Notes under the pieces: model-generated
Told to the model about the DNA's origin: nothing
Database searches by the model: none
What the model saw: the letters and a program-made list of their open reading frames with translations, nothing else
Shown here: piece after piece, positions 7,724 to 16,044 of the stretch
Numbering within the stretch: the first letter of the stretch is position 1
How the letters are laid out: each line of letters starts with the position of its first letter
Assembly: GCA_963677105.1 (NCBI GenBank)
Contig: OY781871.1
Span: forward strand, 300,001-332,000
Origin: Candidatus Saccharimonadota bacterium
GTDB lineage: Bacteria; Patescibacteriota; Gracilibacteria; UBA4473
Length of the DNA stretch: 32,000 nt
Reading direction: 5' to 3'
Made by a program: the position numbers and the translations under genes

Positions 7724-8137
7724 TCAGAGTCCCATTTTTGCTTTCAGTGCTTCCGCTGCTGCTGCATCTTCATCTGCTTCTGATGATTCCTCTACCCGAA
7801 TCTTTTCCATTTCTAATTCTTTTTCTCGTTGTTGTTTCAGTTTTGCAACATCATCACCAAATTCTTTTTCGAGTTCCGTAAATTTCACTTTTTCTTCTTC
7901 AAAAATACTAATGAGTTCATTAATCTGTTCAATAGAAAGTCGAGGAATAGCTGTTATTACTCGTTTCTTTTCTTCAAGTGTAAGAGAAATAGACCCTTCC
8001 AATAATGTTAAAAAACGCGCCTCATCAAAGGTTGTATTTGGATGAGCTGGAATAACGAAAGAATGTCCTGAATCACTGGCAATAGACGATTGTCTATTAT
8101 CCTGTTTTCCTGCCGGAATTGTATTGTCGTCCGTCAT
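7724..8137 (-). CDS. Hypothetical acidic coiled-coil protein
   Basis: This 137-aa ORF lies directly downstream of rplU on the same strand. Its helical Glu/Lys-rich C-terminal half is SIEQINELISIFEEEKVKFTELEKEF...KQQREKELEMEKIRVEE. I recognise no family. Confidence 0.5.
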   Translation of the reverse strand: MTDDNTIPAGKQDNRQSSIASDSGHSFVIPAHPNTTFDEARFLTLLEGSISLTLEEKKRVITAIPRLSIEQINELISIFEEEKVKFTELEKEFGDDVAKLKQQREKELEMEKIRVEESSEADEDAAAAEALKAKMGL

Positions 8138-8161
8138 AGTGTTTGAAAAATCACGTCGAGC

Positions 8162-8614
8162 CTACTTTTTCTCTGTTGGTTTTGCAACTTTTTTCGCAAC
8201 CGTCTTTTTTGCTGGCACCTTTGCCGGAGCTTTTTTAGCTACAACTTTTTTTGCTGCAGGTTTTGTTGCTTCTTTTTTTACTACTGGTTTTGCGGCAGTA
8301 GTTGCACCAATAGATGTAATAGTAATCACTGTGTAATCTTGTCTGTGTCCGTGTAAACGACGATATCGTTTTCTTGGTTTCATCTTAAACACACGAACCT
8401 TTGCTCCACGTATATGTTCAATAACTTTTGCTTCCACTTTCACTCCATCAAGTAATGGCGTTCCTATCTGAAAATTTTTTCCATCTTCTTCACTCACAAG
8501 AAGTGTATCGAATTTAATTTTCTTTCCTGCTTCCACAGAAAGCTTGTCTACTTCAAGTGTATCTCCTACTTTCACAATAGCTTGATGTCCGCCAATTTTT
8601 GCAACTGCAATCAT
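8162..8614 (-). CDS. rplU: 50S ribosomal protein L21 with Lys/Ala/Pro-rich C-terminal extension
   Basis: The L21 core is MIAVAKIGGHQAIVKVGDTLEVDKL...VRVFKMKPRKRYRRLHGHRQDYTVITI. It is followed by a ~48-aa tail, AAKPVVKKEATKPAAKKVVAKKAPAKVPAKKTVAKKVAKPTEKK. Confidence 0.95.
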   Translation of the reverse strand: MIAVAKIGGHQAIVKVGDTLEVDKLSVEAGKKIKFDTLLVSEEDGKNFQIGTPLLDGVKVEAKVIEHIRGAKVRVFKMKPRKRYRRLHGHRQDYTVITITSIGATTAAKPVVKKEATKPAAKKVVAKKAPAKVPAKKTVAKKVAKPTEKK

Positions 8615-8697
8615 TTTAAAATGGATTATTTTTTCGTCCTATAGGTCAGCAATGCTGTTAAAACCCACGGACAGATCGATCGGATTTTGCGGATTTT

Positions 8698-8725
8698 TTG
8701 AAAAATGTCAATATTTTCGTACACT
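8698..8725 (+). promoter_or_regulatory. Candidate promoter of ruvA (TTGAAA-N16-TACACT), -10 ends 7 nt before ATG
   Basis: TTGAAA (8698-8703), a 16-nt spacer and TACACT (8720-8725) are followed by tcaaata and the ATG at 8733. Confidence 0.4.
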
Positions 8726-8732
8726 TCAAATA

Positions 8733-9302
8733 ATGATTGGTTTTCTGTCTGGTACCGTTACTGCTATTTCTCCACAAAAAATTCTTGTACTTACTTCTGG
8801 TGGAGTTGGATACAATGTCATTCCAGCTGGATCATTGCTGACGAATGTTCACGAAGGAGATACTTTTTCTGCTACGATTTTTACAATCGTACGAGAACAG
8901 GAAATTACGCTCTATGGATTTGGTTCAGATGTTGAAAAGAATTTATTTGAAAAACTTATCAACGTCTCTGGAATCGGTCCCAAAACTGCAATTGCAATGG
9001 TTTCTACGCCCGTGGAACAATTTCAAAATGCTGTATCACAAGGCGATGTTGCGTTTTTAACTAAAATTCCTGGTTTAGGGAAAAAAACAGCAGAACGATT
9101 GATTGTTGAATTGCGAGGAAAATTAAATCTCAAAACAGCTGGAACATCTCATACGACAAAATCAACTGCCGAAACCGAAGCTACTGATGCATTAAAAAAC
9201 TTAGGATATGATCCAAATACTATCCATGAAATTCTGAGCGATGCTCACAAAGACGCCTCTACTGAGGAATTAGTAAAATTCTTTCTTTCAAGTAATGCAT
9301 AA
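8733..9302 (+). CDS. ruvA: Holliday junction branch-migration complex subunit RuvA
   Basis: MIGFLSGTV...VGYNV...LYGF is the N-terminal OB domain. LINVSGIGPKTAIAM and IPGLGKKTAERLIVELRGK are the tandem HhH motifs. The longer ORF start at 8652 is not supported. Confidence 0.9.
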   Translation: MIGFLSGTVTAISPQKILVLTSGGVGYNVIPAGSLLTNVHEGDTFSATIFTIVREQEITLYGFGSDVEKNLFEKLINVSGIGPKTAIAMVSTPVEQFQNAVSQGDVAFLTKIPGLGKKTAERLIVELRGKLNLKTAGTSHTTKSTAETEATDALKNLGYDPNTIHEILSDAHKDASTEELVKFFLSSNA

Positions 9303-9333
9303 ATATTTCTCTAATTGCGCATCGTAAAATTTA

Positions 9334-9672
9334 ATGAAATTCTTCATTGCCCTTCCCTTGTTTATCGATAAAAAAATTGCACAATTTTTCGTCCTATTAA
9401 TCCGTGGATATCAAAAAACTTTTTCTCCCGATCATTCTTGTATTGGAAAACTGAACCCAACTTCTGGCTGTAAATTTTTTCCTACTTGCTCAGAATACTC
9501 GCGTATTTCCCTGGAACGCAATGGTTTTATTTGTTCTTGTGGAAAAATTATATGGAGAATCTTACGTTGTACGCCATGGAATAAAGGTGGAATAGATCTT
9601 CCTTCTGGTGTCTCAGTTGACGATCCCATTTTACAAAGTACACTACCTCCGAAGTTTTTATATAAAAAATGA
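9334..9672 (+). CDS. yidD: Membrane protein insertion efficiency factor YidD (with terminal extensions)
   Basis: LIRGYQKTFSP...CKFFPTCSEYSRISLERNG...RILRCTPWNKGGIDLP is the YidD signature. Confidence 0.88.
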   Translation: MKFFIALPLFIDKKIAQFFVLLIRGYQKTFSPDHSCIGKLNPTSGCKFFPTCSEYSRISLERNGFICSCGKIIWRILRCTPWNKGGIDLPSGVSVDDPILQSTLPPKFLYKK

Positions 9673-10547
9673 TTTTTGTTTCTATTCTTGTTTTCTTGTT
9701 GGTTTTTTCTTCATTAATATTGGTGCATGAAGCAGGACATTTTTTCACTGCGCGCTGGTCTGGTGTTCAAGTTCTCGAATTTGGTCTTGGATTTGGAAAG
9801 AAACTCTGGAAAAAAAAGAAAAATGATGTGGAATATTCTGTTGGAATAGTTCCTTTTGGAGGATATGTCCGCATGCTCGGAGAACAAGAAGAATCTGACT
9901 CGCCCGATTCTTTTGAAAAAGCAAAACTCTGGAAACGTATGGCCATTACTCTTGCTGGAATTTTTATGAACTTTGCATTTGCCATTGTTCTTCTTTCTGG
10001 ACTATTTACTATTGGATCAACTCCAATTCTGATTTCTGAATCAGATGTTGATAATGCCGTAGAACAAGGACTTATTGTTCTGGGTGAAATAAATGAAAAT
10101 GGTGACCAAGAAATTCTAGAAATTCTCAAAATAAAAATTCCATTTCCTCAATCCATTGGATTTGCCGTGAAAGAAACATGGCGTATTTCATTTGCTGTTA
10201 TAGAAAAAGCGGCTGAAATTCCTGTAAAACTAATATCTACTGGAACTCTTCCAGATGGACTTGCTGGACCCGTCGGAATTGCTGAAGCAACGCACCGCAT
10301 TATTCCTGCAGGATTAGCTGCTGTGTTAAAACTCACTGCATTACTCTCAATTTCTCTCGCGGTAATGAATCTTCTACCCATACCAGCCCTTGATGGAGGA
10401 CGATTCCTGTTTCAAATAATTGAACTTATTGTTCGAAAAAAAATACATGCTAAATTTGAAATGTGGGTTCATACTATTGGATTTGCTCTGCTAATGCTTC
10501 TTATTGTGGCAGTAACATGGCAAGATTTGATAAGAATTTTTAGTTGA
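9669..10547 (+). CDS. Site-2 (M50) intramembrane zinc metalloprotease, short RseP-like
   Basis: It has the HEAGH zinc motif (LVHEAGHFFTARWSGV) and the C-terminal NLLPIPALDGG motif. At 292 aa it is much shorter than E. coli RseP, so the PDZ region is reduced. It overlaps yidD by ATGA. Confidence 0.85.
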   Translation: MIFVSILVFLLVFSSLILVHEAGHFFTARWSGVQVLEFGLGFGKKLWKKKKNDVEYSVGIVPFGGYVRMLGEQEESDSPDSFEKAKLWKRMAITLAGIFMNFAFAIVLLSGLFTIGSTPILISESDVDNAVEQGLIVLGEINENGDQEILEILKIKIPFPQSIGFAVKETWRISFAVIEKAAEIPVKLISTGTLPDGLAGPVGIAEATHRIIPAGLAAVLKLTALLSISLAVMNLLPIPALDGGRFLFQIIELIVRKKIHAKFEMWVHTIGFALLMLLIVAVTWQDLIRIFS

Positions 10548-10551
10548 AAAC

Positions 10552-10579
10552 TTGACAGCAACCCACGAACTCGTAGTAT
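10552..10579 (+). promoter_or_regulatory. Promoter of rplY (TTGACA-N16-TAGTAT)
   Basis: TTGACA (10552-10557), a 16-nt spacer and TAGTAT (10574-10579) lie 42 nt before the ATG. Confidence 0.6.
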
Positions 10580-10621
10580 TCCGCCGCCTTACTCTGTGTG
10601 AGGATTGAAATTTCGAATAAA

Positions 10622-11284
10622 ATGGCAGAAAAATTCACATTGTCGGCAACAAAACGTACATCAGAAAAAGCAGATCGTCGCGAAGTTCGTGCAGCAGGAA
10701 GTGTTCTTGCAGTAATGTACGGACACGGAATTGATCCAATGGCTATTGCTGTTAATGCGTCTGAAGCTCTTCGAATGTATCGAAAAGCTGGAACTTCAGG
10801 ATTAATCGAACTTCAATTGGATGGAAAAAAATATCCAGCAATTATTAAAACTGTTGATATTCATCCCGTACGACATGAACTTGCTCACATAGATTTCTTT
10901 GTTGTGAATGAAAAAGAAACAAATACTGTAACGGTTCCTATTAATTACATCGGTGAATCTGCTGCTGTAAAATTAGGTGGAACATTTATCGTGAAATATC
11001 ACACGATTGATATTCGATGTCTCCCTGCAGATATTCCTGCTTCATTTGAGTTAGATATTTCTGGATTAGAAAATATGAATGATCATTTATCTGTAAGTGA
11101 TTTAAATATCGATGAAAAGAAATTTGAAATCATGGGACTTACTCCAGAAATAGTTATTTGTTCTGTTGCAGGACACGCCGAAGAAGAAGTAGAAGAAGTA
11201 GCTGAGGCGACTGACGAACAATCTGCTGAGGTTGAAGTAGCAGGAGAAGAAAAAGAAGCTTCGTCAGAAGAAGAGGAAAAATAA
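10622..11284 (+). CDS. rplY: 50S ribosomal protein L25 / general stress protein Ctc, with acidic C-terminal tail
   Basis: The sequence MAEKFTLSATKRT...RAAGSVLAVMYGHG...HPVRHELAHIDF gives the L25 N-terminal domain, and it also has a Ctc C-terminal domain. The tail is EEEVEEVAEATDEQSAEVEVAGEEKEASSEEEEK. Confidence 0.9.
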   Translation: MAEKFTLSATKRTSEKADRREVRAAGSVLAVMYGHGIDPMAIAVNASEALRMYRKAGTSGLIELQLDGKKYPAIIKTVDIHPVRHELAHIDFFVVNEKETNTVTVPINYIGESAAVKLGGTFIVKYHTIDIRCLPADIPASFELDISGLENMNDHLSVSDLNIDEKKFEIMGLTPEIVICSVAGHAEEEVEEVAEATDEQSAEVEVAGEEKEASSEEEEK

Positions 11285-11302
11285 GAATTAAATATTTTAA
11301 AA

Positions 11303-11328
11303 AATTCTGTGAAAACAGAATTTTTTTA
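11303..11328 (+). terminator. Rho-independent terminator after rplY
   Basis: The hairpin AATTCTGT-gaaa-ACAGAATT is followed by a T-run. Confidence 0.7.
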
Positions 11329-11383
11329 TTTCCCTTTTTTTAGATTATTTGAACTTTAAACTTTTATTGCTACTCTTTCAGTA

Positions 11384-12376
11384 ATGAATTTGGTAATGCT
11401 TGCTATTTACGGAATATTCACTGGAGCACTGTGTATATTTTTAGCAATAAAAATATTTCCCATATTAAAATTACTCGATTTTCCCGAACGATACGGATTA
11501 CAACGAAATAAAATCCCTTACCCAGGAGGAATAATATTATCAATTCTTGCTATTATTTTATGTGTGTATTTTCAATGGTATGGCATTGCTGGCGCAATCG
11601 GAATTACCACTATTATTTCTTTCTTTGATGACCTCTTTCAAATTCCTGCAATAATACGACTCATTACACAACTAATTATTGCTGGAGGAATTACAATTAT
11701 TTTAGGTATTAAAATTCAACAAATAGGAAATCCATTAGGAACAAACGCCTTTATTTTACCGGCTACTCTTTCAACACTTGTTACTATCGTGTGGATTGTT
11801 CTCGTGCAAAATGCACTCAATTGGTTCGATGGACTCAAGGGATTATGTGTCGGAATTTCTGGTGTAGGATTCATTGCGCTCGGTTTATTTGGACTTATTC
11901 GACCTGAAGTAGCGTGGGAAGCAGATCTTCCAACTTTTTTAAATATAACTTTCGCATTATCTGGATTATGCGCTGGATCATGGTTCCTCTTTTTTCGTGG
12001 AAAAATTCTTTTAGGAGATTCTGGATCACAAGTGTTAGGACTTCTTTTAGGAATTCTTTCTATTGCTGCTGGAACAAAACTCGCAACGACATTGCTTGTT
12101 CTAAGTTTACCATTATTAGACGCAACCGTAGTCGTATTACGACGCATTTTCTTAGATAGAAAATCTCCTTTCACCGGCGATCAACGTCATATTCATCACA
12201 CGCTCGCAAAACAAATTGGTGAAAAGAAGGCCGTTATTCTCTTATTATTTTGTTCTTCAGTTCTTGGAATTGGATCCATTTTCCTTTCTGGATGGGGGAA
12301 AATAATCGGAATTATTGTTGTTGGCGGAATACTTCTTGTCATACATTTTCAGGTTAAATCAAAGAAATTGATCTAG
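11384..12376 (+). CDS. Polyprenyl-phosphate sugar-1-phosphate transferase, MraY/WecA (glycosyltransferase family 4)
   Basis: It is a polytopic membrane protein with FFDDLF, NALNWFDGLKGL and LGDSGSQVLGLLLG motifs, which are typical of MraY/WecA/TagO. I cannot separate MraY from WecA by eye. Confidence 0.85.
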   Translation: MNLVMLAIYGIFTGALCIFLAIKIFPILKLLDFPERYGLQRNKIPYPGGIILSILAIILCVYFQWYGIAGAIGITTIISFFDDLFQIPAIIRLITQLIIAGGITIILGIKIQQIGNPLGTNAFILPATLSTLVTIVWIVLVQNALNWFDGLKGLCVGISGVGFIALGLFGLIRPEVAWEADLPTFLNITFALSGLCAGSWFLFFRGKILLGDSGSQVLGLLLGILSIAAGTKLATTLLVLSLPLLDATVVVLRRIFLDRKSPFTGDQRHIHHTLAKQIGEKKAVILLLFCSSVLGIGSIFLSGWGKIIGIIVVGGILLVIHFQVKSKKLI

Positions 12377-12384
12377 AAAATAGC

Positions 12385-12416
12385 TCTCTTTATTTTTAAA
12401 GAGACTTGATTTTTAT
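12385..12416 (+). terminator. Terminator after the GT4 gene
   Basis: The hairpin TCTCTTTA-tttt-TAAAGAGA is followed by CTTGATTTTT. Confidence 0.5.
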
Positions 12417-12509
12417 ATAATTTTATGTTATTTTATTAATATAGTAGTAATAACAAAAACAAATCTTCAAAAACAAAACACCTTTTTTTCGTGACCCAAG
12501 CGTATCTAT

Positions 12510-12776
12510 ATGAAAAATATAAACATTTTTTTTGGTGCCATCATTCTTGTGTCCTTTGTAGCTGGGGAAAATACCTCATTCCCAAAAAAGGAAATTCCCG
12601 CATTGATAGCAGAAAAAAACGAATCTAATGCTTCTATTAATTTTGAAAAATCTTTATTCGCAAATTCTTTTCAAGAATTTCACTCAAGCGCGCCAAAACC
12701 AAATACTACCTTTTGTAAATATACGCCCAATTCTTTTACTGAAGTTCAGGAATATTGGAACACTTCTTCGTTGTAG
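12510..12776 (+). CDS. Hypothetical small secreted protein
   Basis: This 88-aa ORF has a signal-peptide-like N-terminus (MKNINIFFGAIILVSFVAG). There is no other support. Confidence 0.3.
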   Translation: MKNINIFFGAIILVSFVAGENTSFPKKEIPALIAEKNESNASINFEKSLFANSFQEFHSSAPKPNTTFCKYTPNSFTEVQEYWNTSSL

Positions 12777-12780
12777 TTTT

Positions 12781-13605
12781 CTAATCTCTTCCTAAAAACA
12801 CATCAACTGCTTCTGTCCATGGTCTCATTTGACGTGGAAGTTTTGTGTTACTCAACAATGAATTTTTAGGGCGACATGCTGGTCGAACTATTGCATCGGC
12901 TGGAATATTTTTCACTTCTGTATTTGCTCCAGTCCGCTCTAATACATAGCGTGCCAAATCTGCCCAACTACAAGGTTCTCCTGTGTTTTGTAAGTGATAA
13001 TGTCCATTTTCTTGCGTTTTATTCACAAATTCTTCTATAACAAATTTGGCCAAATCTCGTGTAAATGTCGGCCTTCCAACTTCATCAGATACTACTCGCA
13101 AAGAAGGTTCTGTTTTCGCTTTATCTAAAATTGTAGAAATAAAGTTCTTTCCATTTCCAAAAAGCCACGCTGTTCTAATGTTCCACCATCTCCCCTTATA
13201 TTGCTCTAATAACTTCTCTGCCTGCATTTTTGTTTCCCCATAATAATTTAATGGAGACCGAACGGAATCTTCTTTAATTGCTACATTTATTGGCGCATCA
13301 AAAACATAATCTGTTGAAAAATTAATAACTGGCTGACGATGTGCTAATAATGTTTCTATTACTTGAACATTCAACTGTTTACAACGCCCTTTTTCTGTTT
13401 CAGCTAAATCCACTTGAGTGTATCCCACACAATTAATAATTCTATCAAAAAAGTTTCCTACCAGAAATTCATCAACCGCAGATACATTTAATAAATCTAG
13501 TTCTCTATGTGTTGGCGCAAAGAGCTCAATATCATCGCGCACAGAAAGAAGATCGAAAAATTCCGACCCCAATAGTCCCGTTTTACCAAGAAGTAAAATG
13601 CGCAT
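12781..13605 (-). CDS. rfbD: dTDP-4-dehydrorhamnose reductase
   Basis: MRILLLGKTGLLGSEF is the Rossmann motif. STDYVFD and YGETKMQAE form the SYK catalytic triad region. Start taken at the ATG at 13605. Confidence 0.9.
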   Translation of the reverse strand: MRILLLGKTGLLGSEFFDLLSVRDDIELFAPTHRELDLLNVSAVDEFLVGNFFDRIINCVGYTQVDLAETEKGRCKQLNVQVIETLLAHRQPVINFSTDYVFDAPINVAIKEDSVRSPLNYYGETKMQAEKLLEQYKGRWWNIRTAWLFGNGKNFISTILDKAKTEPSLRVVSDEVGRPTFTRDLAKFVIEEFVNKTQENGHYHLQNTGEPCSWADLARYVLERTGANTEVKNIPADAIVRPACRPKNSLLSNTKLPRQMRPWTEAVDVFLGRD

Positions 13606-13730
13606 TACTCGATTTGTAGCAAAAAAAACAGAATATAGCAAGGCATTCGTTTCGCTCCTTTTCATATTCCAATTTTGAACTTTGTAGTTTTATCTTTGTG
13701 ATTTGGAGCAACGCGACTTTGTCGTTTGAA

Positions 13731-13757
13731 TAAAAAACCCGCCGATAAATCGACGAG
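13731..13757 (-). terminator. Rho-independent terminator of rnpB
   Basis: The minus strand has CGTCGAT-tt-ATCGGCG followed by GGTTTTTTATT. Confidence 0.6.
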
Positions 13758-13758
13758 T

Positions 13759-14136
13759 TTGCTCTGAATGGAATAAGCCGCGTTCTGTCGAGGATTATCA
13801 TTTCTCTTATCCCGAAAATCACTTTTCGGTGTCATCTGCAGGACCGAAGTAAAACTCAAATGTGGGAACAACACCACTTGTTTTGTTCGGGCCACCTGCA
13901 TCTCCGCCAAAAGGGTTTACCGCCAACTTGCCTTGCGACAAATTGCTCTGCAAGCATCACCTCACAGTCTTTTCACCGGAACTCCGCGAACGGAGGCGTA
14001 TAGTTTCTGTGGCACTTTCCCTCCCTTATCTTCGCAAATAAGGGGATCGGCCGTGAGCCGTTTTTGCTTTGTTCGTGCGGCGCGGACTTTCCTCTCCCTA
14101 CGTGTGCAAGGAGCGATAATCAACCAAAAGAGCAGA
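13759..14136 (-). ncRNA. rnpB: RNase P RNA (bacterial type A); ends approximate
   Basis: The minus strand carries GAGAGGAAAGTCCGCGCC (CR-I, 14096-14079), ACAGAAAC..., GGTAAACCC and ACAGAACGCGGCTTA (13788-13774). The terminal stem is TGCTCT/AGAGCA. The region is locally much more GC-rich than its flanks. Confidence 0.9.
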
Positions 14137-14139
14137 AAG

Positions 14140-14167
14140 AATGTAGCAGTTTTAATAATAATTGCAA
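14140..14167 (-). promoter_or_regulatory. Promoter of rnpB (TTGCAA-N16-TACATT)
   Basis: The minus strand has TTGCAA (14167-14162), a 16-nt spacer and TACATT (14145-14140), a few nt upstream of the P1 5' strand. Confidence 0.5.
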
Positions 14168-14185
14168 AAGCTCTCTCTATCGAGA

Positions 14186-14626
14186 TCAAAATCCTCCCAT
14201 TAGTCCGAAATATAAACCTAACACAAACACAACTAAGCCACAAATAGACATAAAAATAGTTATCACAGAAAGAATCGTTTTTTTATATCCAGCCAGCTTT
14301 GACGTACAAGATTTTAAATTAAGAACAAAAAGAAAAAACATGTACATCATCGTTATTCCCATAAAGAGATAATAAAATTGATGCAAATTTCTAGGTATTT
14401 TTATGTTCTCAAAAAACAAAAGGAGAAGAAGTAAACCATTAAGAATAATAGAGAAACAAATATATTTTTTAAAAATAAAATTAGAGATAAAAATTGGCAA
14501 CAAAAACACAGCTAGAAACAATACATATGGAAAAAGTCCCTTATTAGAAATTACTATGAAAAAGTATGAAAGTAATATAATGGAAGCGAAAAAACACCAC
14601 ATCAGTTTATTTTCTTTAAAACTCAT
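14186..14626 (-). CDS. Hypothetical polytopic membrane protein
   Basis: A 146-aa ORF is unusually long for DNA this AT-rich. It has 4-5 predicted hydrophobic helices and no recognisable family. Confidence 0.4.
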   Translation of the reverse strand: MSFKENKLMWCFFASIILLSYFFIVISNKGLFPYVLFLAVFLLPIFISNFIFKKYICFSIILNGLLLLLLFFENIKIPRNLHQFYYLFMGITMMYMFFLFVLNLKSCTSKLAGYKKTILSVITIFMSICGLVVFVLGLYFGLMGGF

Positions 14627-14734
14627 CTTAATGAAATTAAATATTTTTACTGTTAAATACTATATTCTTTCATTTTTTAATGCAAAATGAATAAAAAATC
14701 CATCATCCATAAAGGATAGTTATTTTTGATTTTA

Positions 14735-14808
14735 TGGTGGTCCCAGCAAGAATTGAACTTGCGTCGTCGGTTCCGCAAACCGATGTTCTTCCACTAAACT
14801 ATGGGACC
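14735..14808 (-). tRNA. trnR: tRNA-Arg (anticodon GCG), 3' CCA encoded
   Basis: Manual cloverleaf: acceptor GGTCCCA/TGGGACC, D stem GTTT/GAAC with loop AGTGGAA (an A at the A20 position), anticodon stem TCGGT/ACCGA with loop TTGCGGA (U33, GCG, G37), T arm GCAAG-TTCAATT-CTTGC, A73, CCA. Confidence 0.88.
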
Positions 14809-14822
14809 TTGAGAGCCACGAA

Positions 14823-14850
14823 ATTCTAATGAGAGAAGTGCTTTTGTCAA
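14823..14850 (-). promoter_or_regulatory. Promoter of tRNA-Arg (TTGACA-N16-TAGAAT)
   Basis: The minus strand has consensus -35 TTGACA (14850-14845), a 16-nt spacer and TAGAAT (14828-14823), 14 nt before the tRNA 5' end. Confidence 0.65.
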
Positions 14851-14865
14851 TTTTTTGATAAAACC

Positions 14866-16044
14866 CTATTGAACAATCTTTCCCCAATTTCGTTTTCCAA
14901 CTTTCAAAACATGTTCTCCTGAAATCTGAATCATAACATTCGGATCAGTCACTTTTTCTCCATCAAACATAACAGCTTCTTGTTGCACTAATCGTCGCGC
15001 ATCTGAATTTGATTTTGTAAATTTACACACAGCAGTAATCAATTCTAAAATTCCAATTTCTGATTTCCCAACTGAAAATTCTGGCATTTCATCTGGCACT
15101 TCTTTCTTTACAAACTTTTGTTCAAAATCTCGTAACGCCTCATCTGCTGCATCATCTCCATGATACAATCGAACAATTTCTTGCGCTAAAAACACTTTTG
15201 CATTGCGCGGTGATTCTTTAATTTTTTTCTCCGCTACAGATAAATCTATATCTGTACATAACTCAAAATAATTCATCATTACTTCATCCGGGATCGACAT
15301 TGTTTTCCCAAACATATTAACCGCTGAATCGTTCAATGCAATATAATTTCCTAAACTTTTCGACATTTTATCATGTCCATCTGTCCCCACTAAAATAGGA
15401 ACTGTTAAAACATGCTGTGGTTTTTGCCCATATTTTTCTTGAATTTTACGACCAGCAAGGTTGTTAAATAATTGATCCGTTCCTCCTAATTCTAAGTCTG
15501 ATTGTATTTCAACAGAGTCATATCCCTGCATTAATGGGTAGAAAAATTCGACTAAATTAATCTCTTTCCCTGATTTAATTCGTTCTTGATACATTTCTCG
15601 TTCTAACATTTGAGAAACAGTGAATGTACCAGCTAACTGCAATATGTTTTCAAAATTCATTGGAGAAAGCCATGTTCCATTTTCATGAATCTCACATTTT
15701 GAAATATCTAAAATTTTTCCTGCTTGGTCTTTATACGTCTTCATATTTTTTCGAATATCGTCCTCTGTCAGCGCTGTACGTGTTTGAGATTTTCCTGTTG
15801 GGTCACCAATCCTTCCCGTAAATGTTCCAAAAATAAGTACCACTTGATGTCCTGCATCTTGAAACTGTTTTAATTTTCGAAGCACAACAGCATGTCCAAG
15901 TGTGAGATCAAATCCTGTTGGATCAATCCCCAACTTCACACGTAGCTTTTTCCCTGATTGCAATTTAGATTCTAATTCTTTACGAATAATTACATCTGCC
16001 GTTCCTCGATCAAGAAGTTTTGAAATCAGTTTGTTGTCTATCAT
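14866..16044 (-). CDS. tyrS: Tyrosine--tRNA ligase
   Basis: GIDPTGFDLTLGHAV is the HIGH-type motif and KMSKSLGN is the KMSKS motif. The C-terminal S4-like domain contains SNSDARRLVQQEAVMFDGEKV. Start taken at the ATG at 16044. Confidence 0.95.
   Translation of the reverse strand: MIDNKLISKLLDRGTADVIIRKELESKLQSGKKLRVKLGIDPTGFDLTLGHAVVLRKLKQFQDAGHQVVLIFGTFTGRIGDPTGKSQTRTALTEDDIRKNMKTYKDQAGKILDISKCEIHENGTWLSPMNFENILQLAGTFTVSQMLEREMYQERIKSGKEINLVEFFYPLMQGYDSVEIQSDLELGGTDQLFNNLAGRKIQEKYGQKPQHVLTVPILVGTDGHDKMSKSLGNYIALNDSAVNMFGKTMSIPDEVMMNYFELCTDIDLSVAEKKIKESPRNAKVFLAQEIVRLYHGDDAADEALRDFEQKFVKKEVPDEMPEFSVGKSEIGILELITAVCKFTKSNSDARRLVQQEAVMFDGEKVTDPNVMIQISGEHVLKVGKRNWGKIVQ

Noticed and set aside
7699-7881. 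60-aa plus-strand Leu/His-rich ORF
   Set aside because: It is antisense to the Glu-rich C-terminus of the 137-aa minus-strand protein. It is repetitive low complexity.
8124-8336. 70-aa plus-strand ORF rich in Phe/Ala/Thr
   Set aside because: It is the antisense reading of the Lys/Ala-rich tail of rplU, a low-complexity mirror artefact.
13662-14372. Four overlapping ORFs (13662-13910 -, 13933-14247 +, 13962-14243 -, 14064-14372 +)
   Set aside because: All lie on the RNase P RNA gene, a GC-rich structured RNA that is naturally poor in stop codons. There is no coding signal.
14403-14690. 95-aa plus-strand Lys-rich ORF
   Set aside because: It is antisense to the more plausible 146-aa membrane-protein ORF and is a typical AAA/AAT-rich artefact. 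It also runs into the tRNA-Arg downstream region.
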